Assembly (NCBI GenBank): GCA_036172245.1
Contig: JAYWIR010000010.1
Coordinates: 4,712,001-4,776,000, forward strand
DNA from: Raillietiella orientalis
Lineage: Eukaryota
Direction of reading: 5' to 3'
Length of the DNA stretch: 64,000 nucleotides
This document shows positions 1-13,180 of the stretch, in pieces. Under the pieces are notes generated by a model. The model was given only the letters and a program-made list of their open reading frames with translations, did no database searches and was not told the DNA's origin. Position 1 is the first letter of the stretch. The number at the start of each line of letters is the position of its first letter. Position numbers and translations under genes: made by a program.

Positions 1-345
1 ACCGCAGAAAGGGGCCGTGAGCTGAATTCAGCACCTTCCTTTAATGAATGTCACATCTGCTTGCAATCCTGTGATCCCTCTCCTCACCACTCTGTTTCAG
101 TGAACCACCATCTGTTCTGTGGCTGATTCGATGCCTGTCCCTTTTGGCAATTGGTTGTTTTTGCAGTATCTGGAAATTGTTATATATCCATGAAAAGTGC
201 CAGGATGTAGGCTGCAATGCGATTTTCTTTCATTCAGTTCATGAATGATACGAGTGGTTCCAAGTAACTTGCAACATTAGGCAGTTGTTTACTCCTCCTT
301 TCATGCAAGGAACGCGACACCTAATAGCGGGTAACTAACACAACC

Positions 346-381
346 ATCGCTTCTCGGCCTTTTGGCTGAGATCAAAGTGTA
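346..381 (+). pseudogene. 3'-truncated U2 snRNA fragment (first 36 nt), probably retroposed
   Basis: ATCGCTTCTCGGCCTTTTGGCTGAGATCAAAGTGTA matches the U2 5' end (one A>G change) and stops inside the branch-point recognition sequence. No downstream GTATCTGTTCTT. Flanked by direct repeat ACCATCG (343-349, 381-387). Confidence 0.9.
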
Positions 382-479
382 CCATCGTCAAGACCCGTTC
401 CCGACAGAAAGGCATGATTGAATTCCGGTTCCGTGAAATGGGGAGTGAGCTTCAGAAGGTGGGGAGATGCAATGCCTTC

Positions 480-2914
480 GCTTACACGTGAGGAACGCAC
501 CGGAAAAGACAAGTGAACAGCTGACCCAAAGAAATGCACACAAGAGAGCGTACAACCAAGAATGCGAACGTTTTCCCTTTGTAAATGTCTTCTGTGCGAA
601 GGGTGAGGGACTCCAAGCTGCACCTCTCTTTCCAGTAAAACGTAGCTTCTTGGATCGTCATCTGGACCTTATGGCATTTCGGCGCTCTCATCAGCCAAAT
701 GCATGCGCCCCTTTCGTGTCCTTCAGGTGTGGCTATCGAAGTTTCTGTTGTCAATTCTCCTCCGCAGTCCAGCGGATTGGGTGCTGGGAGAAATTCGCCA
801 GATTCAGTGGTTGCTTCGAGCAGTCAGAAGCAGGGAAGGCTGAATTCAGTGTTGCGGTTTATGATTTTCAGTTAATCGGAATGAGAGGTGCGCCCAGAAA
901 AGACTTCCTCAAAGGAAGACCGGCGAAGAATCGAAACCAACAAACACTGCCCCACTTACGATAGTATTCGCCTATTTTCCGTTCACATTTCTTTCCTTGC
1001 GTTCCACGCGGACAAACACACCTGCATTCTGGTCCGGAGTAGCCATCGTTCAGGCATGGATCTCTAGATTTCCTGCATTGCTTCAGCCAGAGATCTTTCT
1101 CACAAATATCGCTTTTTCCAGGAGAGCGATAGGTCTTACCAATGCAGCCATATGCTTTATTTACTAGCAGTTCATCATAGTGACTTTCGTTGGCTCCCAG
1201 AATAGGCTGCTTAAGGATATCTTTCGTCACGATGGCCTCAGAACCATCGACGCTAAAGGTCTGAAAATCAGTTCAATTTGTCTTTTGTTAACCGCTGAGA
1301 ACTCGAAGATCACTGATTTTTCGTTCTCGTGTGCATGTTCTAGGCGACGATGAATCTTGCATGGAGTGCACAAAAAGTATGCAATCGCTTCGAAACAATT
1401 CGCTTCGAAAATTGGGGAAGGTTTAGCCTTCTATTTTGATATATCATTAAGCTAGAACAGCAAAGAATCCGTCTTTTCCAATCCGGCGTGGATGAAGCCT
1501 CTTGCGTTGCATGAGAAATGCTCTTCTTAGGTAGACTGAGGAAAAGGCAAATCGCCATCGGCCGACTTCCGTACCGCGAGGCTTTGAAGACTGTAAGCAA
1601 ATTAGCAAAATGATCACTGGAATAAGTGCAGCGGCTCGCATGACAAATCTGAGGTACTAGGGATTCTTCAGGTCAGAAATTTCTTTCAGCCTGGTTCCAG
1701 GGCAGAAAAATAAACTTGTCCCTCTGTCGCAATTGCAAAGTTCGAGATGGGAAAAAATCAAATAGTCGGTCATTTGCAGGTTAGAATAGAGAATCCAACG
1801 GTTGTTTTATTTTGGGTGCTTTTTGGGGTCAGAGAAGGGCATCCGGAAACAGTGCATGTCTTCGGGAATTTTCGAAAAGAAGAAAACCAAAACATGCAGT
1901 AATATGCCTCATTTAGAACGTTACTAGTGATACACCAAAACATTTCGTGGACTGCAATTTGCTTAACGACGGAATTCTTCTCGAATCATGCAAAGAGCCG
2001 TGAAGATGATTCGTACGGAAGAGCAGCGACGCAAAATATGCCCGTGGTGTCCTAGTGTATTTTCGCGGGGTGTTCACACTCATAGTCTAGAAATGGCGTT
2101 CGGAAAGCACTACTATCTCTATTATTAAGACAGAAGATCTCCATTATCTGCTGGATAATGGAGAGCTGCATCCGAGTACTTACATTGAATCTGTACTGCA
2201 TAATGCTGTAGTAGTCGTAGGGCACGTTGTAAGTGTTGCACTGCTTCATATCGTAACTATACCTATTTTCTGGTTTTACATTGTCTATGTTGACGAATAT
2301 GTACTCATCCCGGTAAGGACGACTTTGTTCGTGGCTCATTCCAGTGCTGTGACCAAGCTCGGAAATGACTATGCCCACCTGACATACAAGTAAAATGGTT
2401 AGCAAAGCAGCTGAAGGGAATTTGTAAGGGATGATAGAAAGGAAGAGTTTAAATTGTATCCCTCTCCCGAGAAAATAGGGAGTTTGTCACGAGCACACGT
2501 AGAAGATTATGCTCTGCAAAAATAAAGAAAATTGTCTCCACGGAGAATGGTTTTGACGGCTGCATCCTAGCAGTTTGTCACCTTATAGGTATTGCCGTTT
2601 GAACACAACCTTTTCCGAAATGGAATAAGGTGACATTCTGCGTGCACATGTATGGCACTCGATTGCATCACGGATTCTCCTAAAACACCATGACTCAACA
2701 TTAATTACCGATTTGCACTCCGGTGCCAGGTTGACAAATTGCTGATTCCCAACACCAAAATAGCCTCCGATGTACCCGATGTTGGCGCTACCGCCAGTAC
2801 CATTGCGGATTATAATGATGATAATCAGGATGGTCGACATCTACTTTCGAAAATCGTATGCAGGTTTTATCATGGTAGTTGTTTATAGAATCACCTTCAG
2901 AACGTCAGGGCGTA
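480..2914 (-). pseudogene. Astacin (M12A) metalloprotease with EGF-like and CUB domains (BP10/SpAN-like), disrupted
   Basis: Exons: 2914-2709 (YHDKTCIRF...GSANIGY...ECKS, needs two frameshifts); 2378-2184 (SELGHSTGMSHEQSRPYRD...PYDYYSIMQY); 1260-960 (TFSVDG...YGC plus EGF DPCLNDGYSGPECRCVCPRGTQGKKCE); 783-~570 (CUB CGGELT...CIWLMRAP). The first Zn-binding His is Ser. Possible upstream exon at ~4107-3968 and a CUB tail to ~300. Confidence 0.8.
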
Positions 2915-5900
2915 CTGAAAAAATGAAGTTGAGTAGATTGCATTTCTCCTTATGAGTATCGTCTAACGGATTTCTTACGCAGTTCATTGAGCAACTCTCG
3001 GGCAGTTTGGAGATCTTTCAGATCTGGTCATTTACTAGCGCATGTTCCTCTGCAATTTCAATGAGGACCTTACAAGGTCACAGTGAGAGCAAGAGCCGAG
3101 AACAGCATCACAACCAAACTTCAGCAATATCCCCAAAGTCATGAAGAGATATACTATATTTTTGAACGCTTCCGTCTCTGTGGGCTTCGCCTACAGTCAT
3201 ATTTCTCTGCAGAAGTTCCCATAACCGCGGGTTAGGCACTTCCTCCTCTGAAGGAAGCATCCTTCGAATTCATATCGGGAAGTTTATCCTTGCAGATGTG
3301 CAAGCGACCGTTGTCAGCGTATTCTCTCATCATGGCTTCTCCCACCAAACTTATCGTGTGGCATCAATAAGAAGAGCGCACGTTCTTCCATGTAAAGTTC
3401 ATGCTAAGTCCGTTCGAACGCTTCCCGACATCACTCCCTCCATCACCGGCAGCAATCGCGAATTCAGGAGAAAGATTTTCAGTTGGTGCTACCCACTGAA
3501 AGAGGTTGCATCGACTACAGATCTGAACAAAATTAACCCCCAAGATCTCAGACGAACGACCCTGCCCTCTCAATTCTCTACAGTAGAAGACAGTGTTGCT
3601 ATGATTCGTCGAATTTTCTGATTAACCAAAGTGACCGATTTGCGTAGAGCTTCATTTGCACTTTCAGATTTTTTCACAGTGTCTCGTACAATCGTTCAGT
3701 ATGGGAATAATAATGCACGTACCATCGGATTGAACTCCATAAGAGATTTGTACGAGTCAAATTCGAAGATGGCCACAAAGTGGATGAAAAGCAGGATTTC
3801 TCTTGAATTGCTCGCATCTGTTCCTTTGTCAGGAGGAGGTCACCAACGAACAGTTTGAAAGGCTGTTGCTAAAAAAGAAACGGCCATTTTGCACTCCAGA
3901 TTAAACGAATGCACACTCCAATTTTTAGATGCTGAGAGGATTTTAATGAAGTGAGCAGCGCAGTCACCTGTTCCAGTTCTCCATCTGCCAGGTTCTCCAC
4001 TGTTCCATCGAGAGCTTCATCCTCGTTCTGTGTACCGTTGAGGACTTCTGGACGGAGGGGAGGGTCGTATGTTAAGCCTCTCGGAAGAAATCTTCGAAAA
4101 TTTCTTTAAGGAATGAGGGAAAGCAATCGTGCATATTTTCGGTTCTTATCCTTCGGGGATAAAGAAGCAAGAGATCTCCTGGAGTGCAGGACGTCGTGTT
4201 CTGTGAGTGGAAGAGGAAAATCGGCGAAACGCAACCGCCAATGTAAAAGCAAAGTACCAGAATGCACATATTTCGTCAGGAAGGGGTCATCGATTAAGTA
4301 TTCGGAGAAATGAATTTAGAATTCAAAAGCCTGAAGACCTTCAGATGGATGAATCCCGGTGGAAAGCCTATCTGTCGCAGAATACGCAGACTCCTTTAAG
4401 CCATCCTCTTCCGGCGCTCGTGCTGTTCCCAGAGAACTGACCGACCATTGCTGTAACGAAACGGACGTAACTTGGACTACCGGTTCTCACTATCACAAGC
4501 ATTCTGAAGAAAGCTATCCTCTGGTGGCATAAGCACGAGTCCTTTGTCTCAGGAGTTCGTGACCTTCGTATTCGAAAACGGAGCTGCATTCATGGGATTG
4601 GAATGGAAGGAAGGCATTTGTTTTCACTACAATTTTAGCTGGACTCCCCTACGAGCCAAGATGTTCCCCCTCATTCGTCTCTCGAAGATGGAATTCACCG
4701 AACTGCAACCGCAAGAGCTGTCCCGTGAGTCCCTCCAAAGAGGTCCTTGCCTAGCGTTTTATTATTCATTCGAAGGTTCGAGAAAAGCGTGTATTAAGAA
4801 GCTTCGACTCGTAGGAATCCCCTTGATTCTCCAAAAAACACGAACAAGAAAGCTAAAGGAAAGCGCACCTGAGGCCAAAGATCGGTTTCAGAGTTTTTCG
4901 CGCATCCATCCGAATCTTCTGCGCAGGAGGATTCGCGAGACACCGTACGAGATTTCGTTCGTTGCTTGTCAGCGAGATGCACATCCAGGAAAGATAGACC
5001 GATATCCGACTATCGCTACTAAGAAGAAAGGAAAAAACTCAACGACCTCATGTTCCAGTGATTATCTTCTATTTGTACAGCATCAGCAAGAAAGGCTACC
5101 GCTATCTGAAATAGCGGTCAATGGTTGGCAGCAAGCATTCGTTTACGCACCTGCGGCAACAGAGACCACGGAAACATGATGTCTCTTGCGTGGAACATTC
5201 ACAAACCGATGGATACGAGAGACACCTGAGTTTATGTGGTATTTGAGGAGGATATGGAAGTCACAGCTGGAAGTTTCTCTAGAGTGTTTTGTAAATATTT
5301 GTTTCTAATTACTGGTGGTTCGGAGTGCACAAATGTTCTCATTGCATTGGTACATTCTTTGATGATAAGCACCCATTCCTTCCTTTGCTATCCGACGAAA
5401 CTTCGTTGATTGTCTGACTAGTCTTGGTACAAGGGTTGCTTTCGAAACATTTGCATGTTTCTGATTACGGATGGTTCAATGTGCACAATTGGATTGCTGT
5501 CTTTCCAATTCGCTTCCTTGACCTCCATCAGCAAGACATTTTCCTCTGAATGGCGGTAGCGAATCCTCGAGGCATTGACGATGGCGACATTCACTTGCAC
5601 ACCCTGAATGCAACCAGCAAAATGCGAGCAAGGTTCATTATCGAGGAATAGGGAACTTGTAAGACCTGAAGACCTGATGAGTCTACCTGGAAAAATGGTA
5701 CTCTACGTGCAGTCGGTAAATTCCATTGAGAGGTGTTCCTGCATGAAAATTCGTCTAAAAAGTAAACTTCACTACACAAAAGATCAAACATCCAGATTGG
5801 TACAGCTCAGAGTTTTGCGTGCATTTAACACGTTTTTCTGCACTGAAGAACTCGCGAGAAACTATACGAGATTTTTACTCTTTGCTTATCTACGAGATAC

Positions 5901-6099
5901 GGGTCCAGGAAGCAAGGATCAAATCAGTGATTTCGCCATCGTCGTGCAGAATGATGGAAGGATTCAGTGACTTCATGATCTAGCTGTCCTATTTCAATTG
6001 CACAGCAGCAGTGAGAAAAATCTGGATTGCCAATGGGCGTTGGGTCACTGATGTCATGCAAAAATGTCACTCAGCTCTCGATGGGGACACAGAAAAGCT

Positions 6100-7340
6100 C
6101 GAATCTCCAAACGCCTTGGATGTTTCGAATCCAACACCCATGCTGGAGTACCTTGAACCACAGCCTAAGAATCAGAGTGCTCTGTGCATGCCCTACATGG
6201 TTGGCAGACCAGCTGTGGAAATGAAGCTGGCCACTATGGACCCACCACACGCCAATGCGCACTCTAATGGAAACCATCACGGTCGTGCCTCTATGCGACT
6301 CGGCTACCTGCACGCAGAGTTTGCTTAATTTGGTCATACCCATGGGATTCCTTTGGTGAGGTCGCCAAAATCACGCCTCGAAAAAATATGGTACTCTGCA
6401 TCCCACAGTCATGTCTGGGGAAGGCTCTGAAACCGTGCTTTGGTGTCTTACATCACAATGAATTTGTAATAGACAGAAACACGTATGCAAGTAGTGCCAT
6501 TCACCAGAATTTTAGGCTATGCTGACATGTGGTTGTGGAAGCAGCGAAGGAATTCGTTCCTGGTTATAATGAGCTGAGTTGTTGCACTCTGCGCTCGGTT
6601 TCGGTTTCAAGCTAGTACGAGGAGCAACGTTAAAATTCTTCGTCAAGTTAATCGTATTTTCAGAATCATTGAGGGAGATTGCAAGATCCTAGGTTTCCAC
6701 AGTAACCTATTCACGAGCTGCAAGGACTTCTGACCGTTCGCCAGAGACCAGGAACGCTTCTGTGAGTTGTGTGTGTGTTTTTATTTTCCAACACGGGAAC
6801 ATCATGTCCTCCTCCGGAGCAAGTGAGGACGTCAAGGTAGGAAATTTAGAAGGGAAGCAACCAAAGTTGGGATTCCACCTGCAATGGAAATATTCGAATG
6901 GAGGAGAATGGCAAAGAGCCTGCAAATGATCTTTTGAAATTGAGCCTTTGACCGCAATCGATCCCAATAAAAGCACCTTCAGCTGTCTCTCAGTGTTAGA
7001 AGCTAATTTTTGTGCCCTTTGGGAGATTCTCCCAGCAGATTTTGCAAAAGAGGCCAGTCGCAACGAGCCATCACATATATCTGGTGTGCCATTTTATTGT
7101 CCTCACTGCCCATCTTGAGTTCAATTGAATGAGGTTTTCGCCGGGAAGGTACAAGAACATTGCGTCTTCTCTCTGCTTCAGTCACGAATAGACGAGCAGA
7201 AAATGAACGGTTTCTGCATAACCAAGGAAACGGAGCCAGAACTCTTTCGTTCCCAAGCAGCCATTAGAGCGCTAACGCGACACTCGGATTCCATTTCAAT
7301 CGGTCGCGCACGTCGACAGCCTGCATCTCCGCGTTTGTGA
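6100..7340 (+). mobile_element. Decayed RTE-like LINE reverse transcriptase remnant
   Basis: Broken-frame motifs in the expected order: EPQPKNQSAL (Q.GF-like), LGYADM (~6513, YADD-like), IEGDCKILGFHSN, AITYIWCAILLSSL. Many stops and frameshifts; boundaries approximate. Confidence 0.35.
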
Positions 7341-7491
7341 GTTGACTTTGCTACCGATTTCCAGGTCTCAACTTGTGGGAAAATTCAGCGCTGCCTTCTA
7401 CTCCCTTTCAGTTCTGGCAAGAGTTCCCAGTGGAAGATTCGTTCTTGCCACAGAAGCATCTTTTTTCTAGTGAGGCGAAGGATTTTCTGGT

Positions 7492-7534
7492 GTCTCATTC
7501 GCCTATTACGTTCATCGCATTAGGCGAATGAGAC
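7492..7534. repeat. 14-bp perfect inverted repeat with 15-nt loop, followed by CTAG-T
   Basis: gtctcattcgccta / taggcgaatgagac, then t-CTAG-t at 7535-7540. Confidence 0.85.
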
Positions 7535-8239
7535 TCTAGTCCATCGAGTTTCGCACTCGATATGGAGAAGATTGTTCGACGCACTTTATATATTGATGCT
7601 TCGCACGGATTCTTCAGGAAAAAAAAAGCCTCGTGGCTACAATGCACTTCGTGAGGCAGGCAAATGCTTCCGGTCTCTGGGCGATGAAGGATCAGCTGTG
7701 CAAAGAAGGATTGGCACTTCTTATACGACTATCAGCAAGACGGCTGTCCTTTTTTCACCTTGACCGATAGAACTTCGACATCTGACCTGTAGCTTTTGAA
7801 ATCAGCACAACCATTTTTCCCTACTGACTACTTGTGCGCAAAAATGATCCACTGAAAGGAGTCGAGAATTTGCTATGTCTACCTTAACTGCATATGCCAG
7901 ATTGCCGGCCGAGAGAACAGGGGAAATTCTTCACGAGGTTTTCCTCGGACCAGAGGAGCCAAGAGGCAATGAATTCTTTCCAGAGGCGGAACTAGCAATA
8001 ACAGCCATGCTACATGCTGCGAAGTACCTTCAAGGCAAAGAAGGCCTTGTTAGAACCTGAGACCACTGACCAAGAATCTTGCAACTAGAATCTGAAGGGA
8101 GAAAAGGCCAGCGTGAGCAGCTGCCTTTCCGTTTGCGTTGAGAACGAACGTTTTGCTGTCTTTGCTTTTGTGCGTAATGCTTTGCCTGCCTGGTCCTCGT
8201 GTGTGTGACGGTGCTCCGGGATTGCAGAAGAATGACCAC

Positions 8240-11200
8240 CCATGAAGTTACGGATATCCGGTAAGAAGTATCTGCCGGAACTGCGGAACAGCTGGCAAAC
8301 TGTCCTGAGGATTCTGCCTGGCCGACAGAGAGAATTTCCGAGGATGTGGTTGAGTCCACGGCAGCGCACGCAGGAGCTCTTGACGACGGGGAGCAGCATG
8401 CACATGCAGCTCATGTCTAAAAGCCTGCTCTCAAGTATCAGACAGGGCATCATACTCAAGGCATGTGGCAAGGGAGATCGTGGACAAACCACGCCGTTTT
8501 TCCTCTCCTTCATGACCTACCAGATTCCGTTCTGCAAGGACACCTTCCTCTCACAGCTACTGCCGCGAACGCCATGACGCCACTTACCATTCAGGTGTAG
8601 AAGGTCCAATATAGAGAAGCAGAGGCCCACACTGGCGATCGCCAATTGATCTCAGCTTTGGATCTTTTCGCCACTCTACACGTCTTTGTGGAGGAAAACG
8701 GGCTTTGCGGAGGAGTTGCTGTATGTCCTCTGCAGACTCGCCACAGTCTTCGACTCGCCACAGCCCATGGCATGGCAGCAACGGGAGTTTCTGTCTCAAA
8801 AGCTGCAGTCGACCACGAATCTGATGGCCTGTGGTTCTTAAGGAAGCTGCTCGCTTGCTGCCGTAAAGGCAAAGGGGGGCATCACACGAGAAAGTGCCCT
8901 TTTTTCCTTGTTGCTGTTCTGATTTCGTGCACACCCTAGACAGACCGTTCTGTCCGAGGCGCATGTGGGAGAACAAATTGAGGAAAAACGCGAATAGCGT
9001 GCGTGAGAAAAGCCCGCGCTGGCAAGTACACACCCGAAATCGCCTCCTGGCGCGGAACCTGGAACTGCTAAAACGGCCTCAAAACCTCGGTTGTCCATGT
9101 CTATGGTTCCGAAGCCATTCGCGGACAGCTGTTTTTTGTTCCCTCTGTAAAAAGACTGAGGTTTTCGTCGTAGATTAAGGTCATTTGAGTAATCTGCAGC
9201 GATTCCTGGGAGGCAATGCTGGAGAACACAGCTTTGGAAGGTCAAGGAAGAGAAGTTTCCTCGTTTCTTCACCCTGTGAATGTGGGGGCGTTTATCCACA
9301 TGGAAGTGATCTTCTCCACGGGTAGACAATAAAGTGCTGTGGATGCTGTGCCATCAGCAGCATCCAGTGCTGAAGAGTGAGTCCATAAGGCCCAAGGATA
9401 CGTGCCGGCGTTGCTACAGCAAGGTAGGCCGACTTTATTTCGTTAAGTCCTCCGCGAAAGACTTGCTCAGGCTATAAGTCAAGGATAAAGAGGTTGGATG
9501 GCTCCGGATACGCGGTGAGGGTCAGCTCAAAGAAGTCTTGCTCAGTGAATTTTGAAACGAATGTAGGTCACAAGTTTTTCCCAGTCACGGTGGACTGCTC
9601 GGTGGTGATCCACCTAACTAGCGTAACACTGCACATGGAGAAAGAAGGCTGTCGAAGTGTGGCACCATTCATGCTCTGTGAACAAAAACCATTCCTTTCG
9701 AAGGTGCGACAACTTTTCAGGAGTCATGCCGTGGCAATTATAACGGTTCACAAGGGAAAAGGGTTGCCCCCAAACTAGGAGAACTGTGGTTTGCGAGGAA
9801 ACCGAAGTACTGCGAACACTGCAATGTCACAATAAACCACCAAAATGGGTGCCAAAACATTCAGTATCACGAATGCGGGACCAAGAGAAGAAAAATTCCC
9901 GAAAATAGAAACCAAATGAATTAAATGTTTCGGGAAATCCAAAATTTTCCATTAAGAGCGTTTGCTCGGCCATAGCTGTCAGGTGGAAGCGGCGCGCAGT
10001 TTCGTTTCGACGAGAATAGACGAGTCGGCAGACTTGTCAAATGGTCGAATTCGATCGATGCCGTCTCCACAAACGTCTAGGCGCGGTGTCATAGAAGGGC
10101 GCTCAGCAACATTGGATTTCTTCGGTATCCTTCGGCTTACTGTCCTCACTCCGGGAGTGGCGCTTCTTGTGGGACAGGGCTTCAATCCCTACCTGCCGTC
10201 AAACGAGACCAGCTCTCTAAGGGGAAGGTCCTTGCCAAGCGAGGTGTGCAAGTCCGTGCACCACGGAAGTGGCTGGACAGTGAACTTGGGATGAAAGGCT
10301 CGCCTGAAGACGCCTTTATCGACGAGCACCTGCTCTTTCAAACAGAGACGAAAGGTAGAGTAACATTCGCTCCTTCCAATCATTTCAGGTTAAGGCTTCT
10401 TCCTCCCTGGGAATGGGTTTCCAAACAATTTTGGAGGATGTTAACGGACTGCTTCAGCCAACCAGTGGCGAGGGAGTTTCTCTTCCAGTTCATTACTGTC
10501 TTCTCCATCTGAGAACTCGCGAGCAGGAATGAAATGAAATGCTCCGTCCGCAAGTTCTGCCGCCGGTTCCCTTGCATCTGCGTTCCGCGCGGCTTCTAAG
10601 AGCGTGGTCAACATCGGAGCTTTTCCGGAGGCGCGTTGCCGCCGCTTTGCGGGGGACCTCGGAAAAGTGCTGAGTTTTATGAAGACGAAGACTCAGCGCC
10701 AGGTATAGCATTCCCGAGCAGCCGCTTATATCGACGAAAAGAGCCACGAATGCTCAACCTCAGCCGACGTACCCCGCTGGGTTAGACGAAGGCGGAGAAC
10801 TCCGCCATTTGAACAACTGGAATCCAATCACCTTGGTGCATTCGGACGTCACGTTGTTCTCGAAGCTGTGAGTCGCGCTGCTAGGAAGGATTGCAGAGTC
10901 CGTGATAAGCCCCGGATATACCTATACTGTCCCCAGATGCCCCATGAATGCTAACTTCCTGTTCTTATGGACCTCATTCCAGCTGCTTGATTGCGTTGCT
11001 CTAGGCAGCCATGAAACAGCGGAGCTCGCCTGTACGCGTAGACCCAGACAGCAGGGCGGAAGACCCGGTGCGTTGGCGGGCGCGGTCGATCTGAGCGATG
11101 CATTCGACCACGTCAACCAGAAACTTTGCTCAAGGGCGGTTTCATTGTCGGGGATGCAAACGGAGACGTAATGAATGCTAGTTGAAATTCCATTTAGGAA

Positions 11201-12545
11201 CTCCTGGAGCACCGATATCGCTATGGCAAATTGCCTCCATACTGCACCCTCATCGCTGGGTCTCCTGCTGTAACTTCCATGTATGGCGGCACAAGATGTG
11301 GACACCTGGGAATCTACATTCCAAGTGAACCCAGAAGAACTTCGTGCTTTAAAAGGTGTGCGCAGCAACTTCTTGGAAGTACTGCTGTCGAACTCCAAAA
11401 AGTGGTCCTAACTGAACTTCACACCTAATGCTGCAGTGCTGTCTGTCCTCAACACATGCAGTGGCAGTAGCCGACATGAGGAATGGGAGCACTCTTGAAC
11501 CACTGCAGGAGTGAACAAATTTCAAGACTGTTGGAGGACAAGTGAGGCCGTCGACACCGCCATTCCAAGGCTCACGGACTAATGACTCTTCGGCATCTAC
11601 CTCGCAGAACTGGTGTTCCCTACTCTTTGCACGGACGCTCTAGTGTTTGTCTTCAAGTGGTAACATGAGGTGGTGTTTTTCTGCAGAAGTTTCCAGTGTA
11701 AGGAGTGCCTACACGTCTTTTCCGAGAACATCTTCTAACTATTTCCGATGCGGGGGATCGAGTCGTTCCAGCATCTGTTATTGGGCTGCGATGTCCTTTA
11801 GGAACTGTCACGGAGGCTGGCTTCAACGCTGCTTCATCCGGATGGACACTGCGACGCTTCTTCGCACGCGACCGGGTTTCATGTGGTGTACCGATCGCAA
11901 CGCTGGGCTGCTTCCTCGCAATCTTGGAGACACGCGTCGCGATTGAGCTATCCTCTCAGCAACGGGAATTCACTGATCTAGCTGGCCACCGTGGTGAGGA
12001 CCGTAACGAGGCAGATCCACTTGCCTCAAGAAGTTGCCAGGGCACTCACCTACATCTTGCAAAGGCTGTAGAGAAGACGGAATGTCCTCTATCAAAGATG
12101 TCTTTGTAATAGTCCGTCTCTCCCTCTCCGTTTTTTTGTTTATTCATTGTCTCCCTTTCTTTCCGAACTCTTTACTTGCCCCACCTGAGTTTCGGGAACC
12201 CTTCCTGAGGTGGGCTCCTGTTTGTTTGCCATGCTAACTTCTCTCCCAAGTTTTTTGTGTGTTTACTTTTGTTTAGGAAATAAACTTCTTGGGTAACCAG
12301 GTGAAAAGAGATGTCCATGAAAAACACGTTCGGACTTCATGGAAGTCGGAGAAGTCTCTTGTTCTGTTCCTCCATGGAAAGTCTTTTTTGGCGGAAAGGG
12401 CTGCCGTGTTGAACATGTTCGTGACCTCCCTTTTGTGTTCCCTGTTTTTTGTTTGTTTTACCTCCAATGGGATTGGGAATCATGGACCACTAAGGGGAAA
12501 CCCTTTGGCATACGAAGGTCTTGTTTTCTCTAAAATGACTTAAAA
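8240..12545 (+). mobile_element. Decayed Tx1-type (L1 clade) non-LTR retrotransposon: gag-like ORF1 plus EN/RT ORF2, internally deleted
   Basis: Zinc-knuckle remnants CCRKGKGGHHTRKCP and CCSDFVHT..CP (~8855-8960). Endonuclease remnants VIEGR..LD, LLVGQGFN (GDFN), PSNH (SDH), FWRML. RT remnants GELRHLNNWNPITLVHSDVTLFSKL, VISPGYTYTVP, AVDLSDAFDHVNQ resemble Xenopus Tx1 ORF2. T-rich 3' UTR after 12109. Confidence 0.75.
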
Positions 12546-12829
12546 GCTTTGTGTGAGGATGGTGGACTTGGCCACCTGATGCTGAAACAAATGGAGCGAC
12601 AGCTCCAATTTCGAAGATGCCCTTGAAGCCAAATACTGATGGATGCACTGCTCAGTCCATGAACACCTGCTCACCAAGAGAACAGCCAGCTCCGAGTAAT
12701 TAACATCTTTCCTAGTGTACAGGTACCGAGCTTAGCCTGATGAGGGTACCAGCTACGGAAGATGGTTGTCTTGGTGGAGGACAATGTTTGAATCTCCTGC
12801 CTGCCCAAGGACTGTAATGCTTAGCTTCA

Positions 12830-13180
12830 AGTGACAGTTCAAAGGTGTGCGAAAAAAAATGACAATCAATCGCAGTGTCCCGATGTTTCAATTACGCCCA
12901 TTGCTGTGTTGAGGAGATTTGTAAACAGTACTAAGATAAGGGTGTGGGCGCAAGGCACCCCACTGTCAGCAGCGCTGTCAACGACTACCTGCACTATGAG
13001 AGGCTGCAGAGAAAAACCCATGGCCTGTGTCAACGATCCCTTTTCCTTCCGTCTCTATCTTTTTATTTGTTTGTTGTCCCCTCCCTTCTGCTTCGGATTT
13101 TGTACCTGGCGGACCTGGAGTCTCTGACGGTCCCTGGCGAACTTTATACCTTCCGTTTTTCTTTTAAATTTGCATTATAA
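12830..13180 (+). mobile_element. Second Tx1-like 3' end fragment
   Basis: TPIAVLRRFVNSTKIRVWAQ resembles the C-terminus of the adjacent element (VPIATLGCFLAILETRVAIE) and is followed by a similar T/C-rich 3' UTR. Confidence 0.45.

Noticed and set aside
4544..5179. 211-aa ORF
   Set aside because: Non-ATG start, no recognisable domain or coding-like composition.
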